A DNA stretch of 60,149 nucleotides, filler included, from 6 parts of 6 records of this genome joined end to end with filler, not necessarily neighbours in it, one strand, 5' to 3'; shown: positions 42,501 through 53,039, counted from the whole stretch's first letter. Translations and numbers: made by a program. The notes: generated by a model from the letters alone, not told the origin.

Positions 42501-44420
42501 GGAACAATGGATATTGTTGGAGTACTGAATGGAAGAGAAAAATATCCGATCAAGCAAAGGATCGATCTTGATTTTGTAAATGGTGTAACAACATTTACTA
42601 TGCCAACTTTTGATGAATCCATCTCTGATGCAATGGTACAATTGACATATTGGGATGATGATGAGGTCTTTGCCGGAACTTCAAGATTTTCCCTTGATGC
42701 TCCTTTTATAGAATCTGTTGAATTTGTACCGAACCAACCCACACAGAATGACTCGCTTGGTGTAAATATAAAAATGACACTTTCATCTACAGCGAACTTA
42801 GACAGCTGCTATTTGAGAGTGTATTCTGAACAGGATCAGACGGGATCATATAAAAGATTGGACATGCTGAAAACAGGGGATAATGAATATACCTCAAAAT
42901 ATAAATTATATTATTCAAATCGATCGACATTCTATACGGCCTTGAGTGATACGTCATCAGCAATAATGAATTACTCTGGCAATTACTTCACTCCAGTATG
43001 CAATATTGGCGACGAAATTACAGTTGGGGGATATTATTATTTGGCCGCATATGTTCCCGGTCAACAGGATGTAGAAATTTTTGATTATACCGTCGAGAAC
43101 GGAAAGAGTAAAGTTGTGATATATAATCACACCGACTCCAGTGCAAGACTGGCTGTTACAATTGAGGTTATTGATTCACTGACAAGCTATTCACTTACCG
43201 ATACAGTGCTGACAGTACAAGATGTAGATGGACAATATGAAGCCGATGTCGATAAAATCAATACATTTTATTTTGATATTCTGCCACTATACGGTACTTC
43301 AAATGTACAAGTAGACATTACAACACTTGATTTTACTGATACTGACACAAGCAATAATATGCTATTGAAAACCATTGAAAGTAAATGGCTTCTGTCCAAT
43401 GATGGCGAGTTAAGCAATATCCCTAATGATTCTCTAAAACTCCCGGGCTCTGTATTTGGCTATATGCTTCCCCCTTCACCCGGGTCTGGACAACAAGCTG
43501 TTTTTATTAATAATTACTCCAGAAGCTATAACCTTTCCGGTTTTGGTGCCACTCAGTCTAATAATGACATACTCTATCTTAACTCACCGGATGACGAAAT
43601 AGATTTTACCGCCAGCATCGCACTTACCGAGCTTGCGGGGGATAAGATAGTTGCCTATTTGGATAACGATTTATCAATATTATATAAATTACCCCTAACC
43701 GTGGTTGGTGACGATGTGACTTTTCCGATCAAAGAAAAAGGGTATTATCTTCTTGTAAATCCTACGGAAAGTATTCCTCCTGAGATTGAGATCAACCTGA
43801 ATGCCAGGAGTATTCTTGAAAGAGGATACGTGTCCAAGCGTTCTGATTTTTCGGTATTATTGAAAGATAATTATGGAGTAAATCCCCTAAACGAGTTCTG
43901 GGATATTTTGCTTAATGATGAAGAGATCAATGAAGACAATATTACATTTGATGAAGGCGAGAGCATTCAAGAGTTCGGTATAAACTTTAAGCTTGATCTG
44001 GAAGAAGGTACACACACACTTCAAGTTATAGCACATGACTTGGTTGGAAATCGACAAGAATCAGAAGTTTTTGAAATCATCTACGACCCCAATCCCCAAC
44101 TCATAAATTATGGTAATTTCCCAAATCCATTTACCTCAAGAACTACCTTCATCTATGAGCTAACAGAACAGTTTGATGATATTGTAATCAAAATATATTC
44201 CATATCCGGACAAAAGATATTCACGATGTCGGTAAGCGAAAATGCTATCACTGATCTTCCCTTATACAGTATCGGTTATCACGAAATACCCTGGTATGGT
44301 CAGGATGAATTTGGAAATCCTGTTGCCAATGGTGTTTACTTCTATGTGATCGAAGGTGAAGTAAATGGTAAAAAGATCAAATCTACCGGAAAAATAGCGA
44401 AACTATGGTTAATTGAATGA
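39558..44420 (+). CDS. Peptidase C25 (gingipain/PorU-like) protein with C-terminal T9SS-CTD/FlgD-like Ig domain
   Basis: EYVIITH, IYDEY, KYVVLIGD, LGRLPV, catalytic YLGHG and SMTC, ILGDPS; C-terminus NFPNPF..IKIYSISGQKI..WYGQDEFGNPVANGVYFY..KIAKL. Confidence 0.9.
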   Translation: MSMKTNYERSCTPIFRIVSNILILTLLFFTVLFSAEWEVEEAPSVFTYKWELPREDLTEFVKTGHLAGVGISGSILYQGRYYPVYSELINATPNELAYKINNASEGVLSVSFLSEDESNIDPYAVDIIDASIFNEHVKLSEIPGVGTLVEIMPILPGEESIRYLSRADIKLFSSSNTTLMKADLIDEKNQLNKTQSLKSNLPDEFLALYITKPGVYQVRGQDLADRGIEIREIVPDNIKILWWGEEIPCRVTTTYDQNIETFQYHDVVQFNIPELKNPYSDAYYNPFTNYDVIQMVWTDGIGLRFVQENSEFTETLSPEDKFQPEENRTFRSTIHVEENQQYQPLARLHEEELSHVEEHRFYSPYIGKDDKVPFSFELWDPVLDSPYKVDIKTRIQGLTYSVNDEVDHRVQVFVNDKIVMEDEWDGQVAKISQNDYRNFYHENLVNGENSIEIAAIGFTLDQNAVLDNRVLFDWVEITYDRYMKTHKNRLEFTPQHGVGTYQFRVYGLTSASDILILKNNKSWIRGYYVVSDLNENGDEAYSIYFEDECRGDEVYQVAGPGLEGDDEFGIASIDSIRYVNILENDHYSMETEAEYVIITHKDFHNSAVRLAEHKNSIGLSSVVYDLERIYDEYNYSNKSPYAIKNFLTDIYSNWSVTPKYVVLIGDTDTKNSVPIIKYQSTGARGAIITESWYADIDDDYVMELALGRLPVHTEDELDSIIVKIKAFDENSSSNAKINRTALLAGPENTFRGQVQDYVNSTSPDHVQCDRLYLYDGNVTGDFDAGINATDTLIKFMNDGIVSLNYLGHGGGYTWDNYVLPYEAFNDLVGVNPFIVNSMTCFTNTFSNSNALGEQFIRYPKGAVSVLSTTGYGWINSNFYIFEKLMNRMQAKYYSHGEAFQYAMTEYFFSTFGRNANFIDQVDGRIIYKYFRKSMFYQFCILGDPSARLPYSEWPGSVEITPKSVQSGEQLTLSVDEINSGNGTMDIVGVLNGREKYPIKQRIDLDFVNGVTTFTMPTFDESISDAMVQLTYWDDDEVFAGTSRFSLDAPFIESVEFVPNQPTQNDSLGVNIKMTLSSTANLDSCYLRVYSEQDQTGSYKRLDMLKTGDNEYTSKYKLYYSNRSTFYTALSDTSSAIMNYSGNYFTPVCNIGDEITVGGYYYLAAYVPGQQDVEIFDYTVENGKSKVVIYNHTDSSARLAVTIEVIDSLTSYSLTDTVLTVQDVDGQYEADVDKINTFYFDILPLYGTSNVQVDITTLDFTDTDTSNNMLLKTIESKWLLSNDGELSNIPNDSLKLPGSVFGYMLPPSPGSGQQAVFINNYSRSYNLSGFGATQSNNDILYLNSPDDEIDFTASIALTELAGDKIVAYLDNDLSILYKLPLTVVGDDVTFPIKEKGYYLLVNPTESIPPEIEINLNARSILERGYVSKRSDFSVLLKDNYGVNPLNEFWDILLNDEEINEDNITFDEGESIQEFGINFKLDLEEGTHTLQVIAHDLVGNRQESEVFEIIYDPNPQLINYGNFPNPFTSRTTFIYELTEQFDDIVIKIYSISGQKIFTMSVSENAITDLPLYSIGYHEIPWYGQDEFGNPVANGVYFYVIEGEVNGKKIKSTGKIAKLWLIE

Positions 44421-45451
44421 AAAGATCACTGATTATATTACTGATACTGTTCATGGCCACTGGTTCCTTCGCAGTGGAATCCGGGTTTTATGGAGATGCT
44501 TTTATTCTTGCCGGAAGATCATCACAGTCTACTGCAATGGGTGGAACGGGTTTGACCTCAATTAATGGTATTTCATCTGTTATTTCCAATCCTGCCGGAT
44601 TAATTGGAAACCGTGGCAGAGAAATCTATTCCCAATATAATAATCTTTTTGGAATGGCTTTTCAAAGCAGCATAGGATATTCCATGCCTTTCGGGAAATA
44701 TCAGGTAGGCATGATCGTGAACACAGTCGGGGTGCAATTATATTTTAGAGATGACATCATTAATGACATTCCGAATATTAATGATAGGCGTGAATATATT
44801 CGCGATTTTCTTGCAACAGAAACATTTTATGATCTTGAAAACGCTTTGTTGTTTTCGATCGCCCGTGAAACGCCTATAGACATCAAATTGGGTTGGTCCT
44901 ATGATCGCTTTACACTCTATCTTCAGTATGGTTTGAATGCAAAGATCATTTATAAGACAATGAACTCTGAAAATGCACTTGGAGCCGGTTTTGATGCCGG
45001 TATGCGATTGATCATTCCTGGAAATGAAATATTCTATTTAAAGTATTTGGGTGATATTTCTCTTGGTTTGAATATTGAAAATATTATTCAATCGCCGATC
45101 GTTTGGTTTGGTGCCAGAAATTTGGATAAGGGAAATATGAGAGTCACCGGCGGTATTGCCCTGCACCAACCTATGAACCTTTTGGCTAGCGAATTGATAT
45201 TCGCCTTGGATGGATATGTTTTTGAAAGTGAGTTTTTTCCTGATTATGGAGTCAGGTATGGTTTTCAGTGGAAAATTTTGGATATGATCGATCTGAGGTT
45301 TGGAAAAGATCTGAACAGTTACACCGGTGGTGTAGGCTTAAAACTATCTATTCCCAGTGGGAAATTAAAAATTGATTATTCCATTATTAGTCACGAAATA
45401 AATTGGAGTCATCTTGTTTCTTTATCATATTATTGGGGTGGTGCTGAATGA
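44417..45451 (+). CDS. PorV/PorQ-like outer-membrane beta-barrel
   Basis: SSQSTAMGGTG..NPAGL N-terminal motif, YGLNAKII, GFDAG, KIDYS, HLVSLSYYW. Confidence 0.72.
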   Translation: MKRSLIILLILFMATGSFAVESGFYGDAFILAGRSSQSTAMGGTGLTSINGISSVISNPAGLIGNRGREIYSQYNNLFGMAFQSSIGYSMPFGKYQVGMIVNTVGVQLYFRDDIINDIPNINDRREYIRDFLATETFYDLENALLFSIARETPIDIKLGWSYDRFTLYLQYGLNAKIIYKTMNSENALGAGFDAGMRLIIPGNEIFYLKYLGDISLGLNIENIIQSPIVWFGARNLDKGNMRVTGGIALHQPMNLLASELIFALDGYVFESEFFPDYGVRYGFQWKILDMIDLRFGKDLNSYTGGVGLKLSIPSGKLKIDYSIISHEINWSHLVSLSYYWGGAE

Positions 45452-46242
45452 AAAAAATTGCCTTACTTACAATAATATTGCTTGTACTTGCGGGATGTTT
45501 TACTCCCCCCGATGTATCGGTGCCTTATTTTGTCCCCAAAACTTCACCGGACAGCTTGATCGAGAGGGGAATTGATGCTCACTACGAGAATGCTATTTAT
45601 CTTGAATGGGAAGAACCCGAAACTGTAGAAGATGAAGGTATAATGGGATATTATATCTATCGTGGAAAGAAAGTTGACCAAGAATATCAATTCAAATATC
45701 TTGATAAGATAGAGAGAAATACGATATTGATCTATGATACCGATAAGTACACAGACAGAACTGCAAATTTGGACACGATGTATTATTATTATATCAAGTC
45801 GTATAATAATTTTACTACCAGTATCAACACTTCTGATACTGTCCAATATATGTTGGTTGAAAAACCAAGTATTTACCGACCAAGTGGGAATATTACTTCT
45901 TCAAAACCGGAATTTTATTTTACTTATCCATCACGCGTAACCACAAGAGTGGCGTATTTTTATGTGCGCTTGTATTACAATGAAGACTCTTCATATAAGG
46001 TTAAGTTTTTTGCGAAGAAAAAATTATACAATTTCTCTACCAGTGGTTTTTCAATTTATCTTAATGGCAATGATGATCAAACAACAATTTTAATTGATGA
46101 ACTTTGGGAAAATGGAGCCGGTGAAAATTACCTGCAACCCGGAGAATATGAATGGAGAGTGGATGCCGTATCTGGAGAGCTTGGCGGCATGCCTGAAACT
46201 GTTGGTTCCGAAACCGACTGGATGTCATTTACTGTACAATAA
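45448..46242 (+). CDS. Lipoprotein with FN3-like domain
   Basis: Lipobox LAGC; IYLEWE, GYYIYR, YTD, YYYYIKSY; YEWRVDA. Confidence 0.7.
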   Translation: MKKIALLTIILLVLAGCFTPPDVSVPYFVPKTSPDSLIERGIDAHYENAIYLEWEEPETVEDEGIMGYYIYRGKKVDQEYQFKYLDKIERNTILIYDTDKYTDRTANLDTMYYYYIKSYNNFTTSINTSDTVQYMLVEKPSIYRPSGNITSSKPEFYFTYPSRVTTRVAYFYVRLYYNEDSSYKVKFFAKKKLYNFSTSGFSIYLNGNDDQTTILIDELWENGAGENYLQPGEYEWRVDAVSGELGGMPETVGSETDWMSFTVQ

Positions 46243-46255
46243 GGAGTTTGAATAA

Positions 46256-47069
<814 letters not shown>

Positions 47070-47169
47070 NNNNNNNNNNNNNNNNNNNNNNNNNNNNNNN
47101 NNNNNNNNNNNNNTTAATTAATTAANNNNNNNNNNNNNNNNNNNNNNNNNNNNNNNNNNNNNNNNNNNN
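47070..47169. other. Artificial contig spacer
   Basis: N44-TTAATTAATTAA-N44. Confidence 0.99.
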
Positions 47170-47277
47170 GGGGGCTGATGGTTGATCCCACTGTTGTAAA
47201 CTGACACTATTGTTGAGATAAACCCGGAGGGAGTGTTTTTTTATACCCCACCCAAAGATTATAAGAAGGAGGATCGT

Positions 47278-48561
47278 ATGAGAAATGTCGTAATCGTATC
47301 CGCATCACGTACTGCAGTCGGGAATTTTGGAGGGAGCCTCAAGGATGTCCCGGTCGTCAATCTGGGTGCGCAGGTTTTGCAGGAAACGCTGAAGCGTGCG
47401 AACCTGCGGCCGCAGGCTTCGGAGGAGCAGAAGCAACTGGCGCCCGAAAGTATTGGGGATGCGGGAATGATCGAGCTTGAAGAGAAGGGCTATGATTATG
47501 ATCAGTCCATGCAGCCGATCACCATCGATGAAGTCATTATGGGCAATGTCGTCGGCGCGGCCCAGGGGCAGAATGTGGCCAGGCAGGCGATGATTCATGC
47601 CGGACTGCCGAAGGAGACTCCCGCGTTCAGCATCAACAAAGTGTGCGCGTCGGGAATGAAGGCTCTGGAGCTCGCGGCCCAGTCCATCCGGGTCGGGGAT
47701 GCCGATGTCGTCCTGGCCGGGGGAATGGAGAACATGAGCAGGATCCCGTATGCGATGACCAAGGCCCGCTGGGGCGCGCGCATGGGGGATGCGGAGATGA
47801 CCGACCTGGTGGTTTTCGACGGCCTCTACGAGATTTTCTACGGCTATCACATGGGTATCACCGCCGAGAACATCGCGGAGAAATACGGTATCTCCCGGGA
47901 AGAACAGGACAAACTTGGCGCGTTGAGTCACCAACGGGCTCGGGATGCCATAAACCGGGGTCTGTTCAGCACGGAGATTGTCCCTGTCAGTATTCCGCAG
48001 AGAAAAGGTGACCCGCTTATCTTCGATACCGATGAACGACCGATGGACACAAGTGCCGAAAAAATGGCCAAACTGAGACCGGCGTTCAAGAAAGACGGTA
48101 CGGTTACTGCCGGGAATGCCTCGGGCATTAATGACGGTGCTGCCGCGCTCCTGTTGATGTCAGAGGAGAAAGCTGGAGAACTCGGCCTCGAGCCGCTGGT
48201 TAAAATCCGGGCGTGTGCCTCCGGAGGAGTGGATCCGGCATACATGGGACTGGGGCCGATTCCGTCGGTGAAAAAGATCCTGAAGCAGGAGAATATTGGC
48301 ATTGATGACTTCAGTACCATCGAACTCAACGAGGCATTTGCCGCCCAGGCAATCGGCTGCGTTCGGGAACTGGGGTGCGATATGGAACGGACGAACATGC
48401 TGGGCAGCGGCATCTCGATTGGACACCCGATCGGCTGTTCGGGAGCGAGAATCCTGGTCACGCTCGTGCACACAATGGTGCGGGAAGGCGGCGACCTCGG
48501 CCTTGCGTCCCTGTGTATCGGTGGTGGACAGGGCATGGCTGTTGCACTTGAACGGATGTAG
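47278..48561 (+). CDS. Acetyl-CoA C-acyltransferase (thiolase)
   Basis: NKVCASG, AGGMENMS, TAGNASGINDGAA, NEAF, GHPIG, LCIGGGQG; RBS AAGGAGG before ATG 47278. Confidence 0.97.
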   Translation: MRNVVIVSASRTAVGNFGGSLKDVPVVNLGAQVLQETLKRANLRPQASEEQKQLAPESIGDAGMIELEEKGYDYDQSMQPITIDEVIMGNVVGAAQGQNVARQAMIHAGLPKETPAFSINKVCASGMKALELAAQSIRVGDADVVLAGGMENMSRIPYAMTKARWGARMGDAEMTDLVVFDGLYEIFYGYHMGITAENIAEKYGISREEQDKLGALSHQRARDAINRGLFSTEIVPVSIPQRKGDPLIFDTDERPMDTSAEKMAKLRPAFKKDGTVTAGNASGINDGAAALLLMSEEKAGELGLEPLVKIRACASGGVDPAYMGLGPIPSVKKILKQENIGIDDFSTIELNEAFAAQAIGCVRELGCDMERTNMLGSGISIGHPIGCSGARILVTLVHTMVREGGDLGLASLCIGGGQGMAVALERM

Positions 48562-48608
48562 TTTACCATATTGTACATACGCGTGATCACCTTGATGGAG
48601 ACCTGTAA

Positions 48609-49412
48609 ATGAGCAACGCGATAGAAAAGGCACTGCTGGTGCTGTCTAATTTCGCGAACGGAAACACGCCCATTGGTACAGTTGAGCTGGCGGATCGTCT
48701 TGATTTGAACAAGACGACCGCCAGCAGGATACTCAACACGCTGAAGCGGCATGGTTTCCTGGAACAGAATCCCTTTACCCGTCAGTACAGCCTTGGCCCC
48801 TCAGTGGCACAGCTTGGCAAAGCGATTACCCAGAGCCTGAGCGGGCAGACCACCATTATTGCCCAACCGTACTGCGATCGCCTGCGTGATACGATCGGTG
48901 AAACGGTGCATTTACAGGTTTTATCGGGAAACAACTTCTATCTGGCTTACGAGGCACGGGGGTCGAACCCCGTGTCGGTGGCCATCGATGTCGGTGATAC
49001 CGTTCACCCGACAATCCACTCAGGAGCAAAGGCCATTGCTGCCTTCAGCAAGCCTGCGCTGATTGACAAATGGCTGAGCGGACAGTTGCCGGTGTTCACG
49101 TCCATGTCGATCACCGATCCCGCTAAGATACGGGAGGTGTACAAGACGTTCACGGAACTCGGATACGCGATAGATGATCGGGAATATTCCGAAAATATTT
49201 ACGCGATCGCGGCTCCTGTCTTCAACGACAACGGCATCCCTGTGGCAGCCGTAGTCGTGGTCGTTCCGTACGGCAGGAAAAAGAACCTCGAGCGGGACGA
49301 GGTGATTGCCGAGATGAAGGAGACCGCCGGTCTCATCTCCGGCCGGCTGCTTTACTCCGGTTCGGCTTCAGCCACCTCTGGAAAGGTGATGAAGGAAGTC
49401 GCCGGGCGGTAG
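48609..49412 (+). CDS. IclR family regulator
   Basis: AIEKALLVL, HTH LNKTTASRILNTL, GETVHL, SGAKAIAA, GYAID.E..IAAPVF. Confidence 0.94.
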   Translation: MSNAIEKALLVLSNFANGNTPIGTVELADRLDLNKTTASRILNTLKRHGFLEQNPFTRQYSLGPSVAQLGKAITQSLSGQTTIIAQPYCDRLRDTIGETVHLQVLSGNNFYLAYEARGSNPVSVAIDVGDTVHPTIHSGAKAIAAFSKPALIDKWLSGQLPVFTSMSITDPAKIREVYKTFTELGYAIDDREYSENIYAIAAPVFNDNGIPVAAVVVVVPYGRKKNLERDEVIAEMKETAGLISGRLLYSGSASATSGKVMKEVAGR

Positions 49413-49594
49413 CGAACGTCACTTGATAGGGCTCTAAACCGTCGGGTACGATACCTCGCAGGCAGACTTGCCCCTCAAGGGTAACAGGGGGTAAAGCATG
49501 AGAAATAGACAATGCTGCCCGACGTATACATGTTGCGATCGGTGTCGGCTCGAATGGGGGGGCGTCCGAAAAGAGGTCAGTCCCTATTTTTTTA

Positions 49595-49658
49595 TTGACA
49601 GTTGGCGCGCAACACACTAATACTCAAATTATGAAACTTGATACCATATTGTGAAACT
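49595..49658 (+). promoter_or_regulatory. Putative promoter with tandem IclR-type boxes
   Basis: TTGACA at 49595, weak -10 TAATAC at 17 nt; CA-N5-TGAAACT twice with 20-bp period. Confidence 0.5.
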
Positions 49659-49864
49659 TATTGAGGGGTGTATAACCCGGATACGTTTTCTTTATTCGGG
49701 TATTCGTTCATCTCTCATGTGCTGTTTTCCCCGTCCGAGCATGCGGCTGATACAATAGTGGTATCGCATAGATCGTCAGGAACTGGTGGACGTACAGGGC
49801 CTCTCTCGCCAAATGCCACGAACCAGGTGTCGGCCAGGGGGGAGTCGTTTGAATAATAATATAA

Positions 49865-49999
49865 ATGCGGGAGAAAGCGGAAAAGGGTGAGCTCGGCTTC
49901 AAGTCGGGCCAGGGGTTCCTGTCATGGACGGAGGCGGAGAGCGAGGAGCGCCGCAAGAAGCTGCAGCGCTATCTGTTGAAGGTCATGAAGGATATGTAA
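49865..49999 (+). pseudogene. C-terminal remnant of a 3-hydroxyacyl-CoA dehydrogenase
   Basis: EKAEKGELGFKSGQGFLSWTEAESEERRKKLQRYLL matches the G-x-LG-x-K-S/T-G-x-GF tail of the family; the NAD-binding domain is absent. Confidence 0.7.
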
Positions 50000-50079
50000 C
50001 AGGCGGGGATCGAGCGGGCCGGGTTGCGCAGGCTTACCACCGATACTCCACTTGTGAAAGAGGATAAAAGAGGTTCTGA

Positions 50080-51071
50080 ATGAACGTACGAGAAGAAGGG
50101 CAGGGCAGGCTGTTCACAAATCCTGATCCGGATGACGCGCGGGCTTTTTCAGGAAAAAGTCTCGTAGCCTGGAAAACAAGGTGATGGACTTGAAGGACGC
50201 CATTGAGACATATGTAAACGATGGCGACTACCTGGCTATCGGCGGCTTTGGTGCCAACCGCACCCCCCTTGCCGCCTGTCATGAGATTGTCAGGCAGGGG
50301 AAAAAGAATCTCGGGTTTGCCGGCCACACTGCCACCCATGACATGCAGGTCCTCAGTGTTGGCGAAGTGTATGACCGGGTCGATGTCGCCTATGTTGTCG
50401 GACTTGAAGCGCGGGGCTTGTCACGCTGCTCGAGAAAGTACATTGAAAGCGGAAAGGTAGAAATGACGGAGTGGACCAACTACCTGCTCTCCGTCCGCCT
50501 TCAGGCCGCGGCTGCCAACGTCCCCTTTATGCCGGCCCGGGTTGCCATGGGCACGGACACTTTCAAGTACGGCGCCGGGAAAGTAGTGGAATGCCCGTTT
50601 ACCGGAAAGAGAATCCTGCTCGTTCCGGCCCTCTACCCCGATGTCACCGTCATCCATGTTCACGAGGCTGATATCTACGGCAATGCACGATTCAACGGTA
50701 TCGGTATCGCTGACCTGGAGCTTGCCAATGCGTCGAAGCGGTTGATCATCACGGCTGAGAAACTGATACCCAACAAGGAAATCCGCAGTACACCAGAAAG
50801 CACGCAGATACCGTTCTACCTGGTGGATGCCGTCTGTCATGTGCCGTTTGGCGCGTATCCGGGCAATATGGCCGGCGAGTATTTTTCCGATGAGGACCAC
50901 CTGCGTGAATGGCTGGATGCGGAAAAAGATCCTGAGATCTTCAAGGAATTCGTGAAGAAGAACATTTACGAGTGCGAGAACCACGAAGCGTATGTCAACC
51001 GTAACGGCGGTCTTACAAAAATGGCGGAGCTGCGTAAAAAAGAACTCCTGCTCGATCGTGAGGTGAAGTGA
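50080..51071 (+). CDS. Family I CoA-transferase subunit A (glutaconate CoA-transferase-like), 1-nt frameshift near the start
   Basis: MNVREEGQGRLFTNPDPDDARAF(F)RKKSR joins KVMDLKDAI if one T is added at 50145-50149; AIGGFG, VPALYPDV..HVHEADIYGN, PFGAYP. Confidence 0.9.
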
Positions 51072-51844
51072 TGAGCGACTATAATGCGATGGAACTCATG
51101 ATTGCCGCAGCTTCGAGAGAGCTCGAAGATGGCGCGAGCATAGCGGTCGGTACCGGGGCACCGTGTGCGGCGGCGATGCTTGCCCAGAAAATTTATGCGC
51201 CGAGCCTGCTGATCCTGTTCGAGGCGGGAGGCGTGGATCCGAAACTTCCCGAGATGCCGATCTCCGTTGGCGATTCCCGTTCATTCTATGAAGCCTGTAT
51301 GGCAGGCAGCATGGCAGATATCATGACATCATGCGCCCGGGGATTTGTCGATTACACCTTTCTCGGCGGTGCCCAGATCGACATGTACGGTAACCTGAAC
51401 TCGACGATGATCGGGGATGATCACCAGAAACCGAAGGTGCGTTTTCCCGGTAGTGGCGGTGCGAACGACTTCGGCTCGCTGTGCTGGCGTATGATGGTGA
51501 TGACCAACCAGGACAAGCGGCGCTTTGTCGAAAAGGTTGACTATATCACCACTCCGGGCTGGCTCGAGGGCGGCGATTCCAGGAAGGATTCCGGATTACC
51601 GTTGGACAGTGGCCCATATAAGATAGTAACCGATATGGGAGTGATGGATTTTGAACCCGAGTCGAAGCGTATGCGGGTTATCTCCGTCAATCCCGGGTTC
51701 AGCTTCGATGACATCCAGGAGAATTGCGGATTCGAGTTGCTTCGCGCTGATACCCTGGCGGACACAACTCCGCCCACTGAGCAGGAGCTGGACGTGTTAA
51801 GAAATGAGGTCGATCCCTATCGCTATGTGATCGGTAGATCGTAA
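51068..51844 (+). CDS. Family I CoA-transferase subunit B (GctB-like)
   Basis: VGTGAP, LFEAG (catalytic Glu position), FLGGAQIDMYGNLNST, PGSGGAND, VDYITTPG. Confidence 0.93.
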   Translation: MMSDYNAMELMIAAASRELEDGASIAVGTGAPCAAAMLAQKIYAPSLLILFEAGGVDPKLPEMPISVGDSRSFYEACMAGSMADIMTSCARGFVDYTFLGGAQIDMYGNLNSTMIGDDHQKPKVRFPGSGGANDFGSLCWRMMVMTNQDKRRFVEKVDYITTPGWLEGGDSRKDSGLPLDSGPYKIVTDMGVMDFEPESKRMRVISVNPGFSFDDIQENCGFELLRADTLADTTPPTEQELDVLRNEVDPYRYVIGRS

Positions 51845-51956
51845 CAGTTTTGTCCTGGGACAACTCTCAGGGCCGGACATTCACCTTTACGGACGGCAAG
51901 GTGCGCTCGGATTCGGGGGTTCATGCCGATCCCGGTGTGACATTTTCGTTCGAGCA

Positions 51957-52256
51957 TGCAGCGGGTGACCATCGGTCACGATGTCTGGATCGGTCACGGT
52001 GCCATCATTTTACCGGACAAAACGATCGGCAACGAGGCGGTGGTGGCGGTCGGTTCGGTCGTAACCAGGGACGTTGCACCCTATTCCATAGTCGCGGGCA
52101 ACCCGGCAAAACCGATACGCAATCGCTTCCCGGAATCCGTCTGTCGGGAGCTCGAGAAAGATCGCATGGTGGGACTGGGACCACAACACCCTGAGCGCAC
52201 GATTGGAGTATTTTTACGATATGCGCCGGTTTCTGCGCCTCTACGGGAGCAAATAA
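51957..52256 (+). pseudogene. 3' half of a hexapeptide-repeat (CatB/Vat-like) acetyltransferase, frameshifted
   Basis: VTIGHDVWIGHGAII..VVTRDVAPYSIVAGNPAKPIR; removing one A near 52157-52159 gives KIAWWDWDH..FLRLYGSK then stop; 5' half missing. Confidence 0.8.
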
Positions 52257-52274
52257 AAGAGCGTACCCGGTCTC

Positions 52275-53039
52275 TCAATCCTGGTGTTTTCTCAAAGCCT
52301 GCAGGGAATGCGTCAATCCGTTCATGACCATGCTGCCGTCGGCTCCGGCAGCGACGAACGAATACCCCAGCTCCTGTACCAGATCGCTCAGACCGGGGTC
52401 GGGCAGCAGAATGCCTGCGGCTTTTCCTGCGTTTCTCGCAGAGCGGGCAATGGATGAGAGGATTTCAACATAGCGCGGGTCCTCGAATTTGCCGGGCATA
52501 TCTAGGCTGATGCTCAGGTCCAGCGGACCGACAAACAGGAAATCGACGCCTGCAACCCCTGCGATATCTTCCCGGTTAGAAACTGCCTCGGCTGTCTCGA
52601 TCTGGACGATGGTCAACAGCGATTCATTGGCGGTTTCGTAATAGTTACCGAACTGCGCACCGTAACCGGTGGCACGAGGACTGCTCGCGGCACCCCGAAT
52701 TCCATTCGGGAAATAACACATGGAGGCGACGGCGTATTCGGCTTCCTCACGGTTCTGTACATAGGGAATCATGATCCCGGCGGCACCAAGGTCCAGTGCG
52801 CGTTTGAACCGGGGCATCTCATTCCAGGTGATGCGCACCAGTGGTGCGGCCTGGCCGATCGAGATCGCCTGTAGCTGATGCAGCAGAGTCATATTGTCCC
52901 CAGGCCCGTGTTCCTGGTCGACAAGCACCCAGTCATAGCCCAAGGTTGAAGCCATTTCCGTCGTTATACTCGATGCGAGGTTGCACCACGCACCGATCAT
53001 GAACCGATGGTTCTATACCTGCTCTTTAAAGGAATGCAT
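52275..53039 (-). CDS. HpcH/HpaI class II pyruvate aldolase, with in-frame TAG at codon 9
   Basis: DWVLVDQEHG, PLVR, LDLGAAGIMIP, QIET, FVGPLDLS; RBS AAGGGGAG precedes ATG 53039, in frame with ATG 53000, with TAG at 53013-53015. Confidence 0.92.

Noticed and set aside
47305-48752. Long minus-strand ORFs (209, 274 and 157 aa)
   Set aside because: Antisense to the well-supported thiolase
51956-52327. Functional chloramphenicol/streptogramin resistance gene
   Set aside because: The 5' half is absent and the rest is frameshifted; the hexapeptide fold alone does not imply resistance
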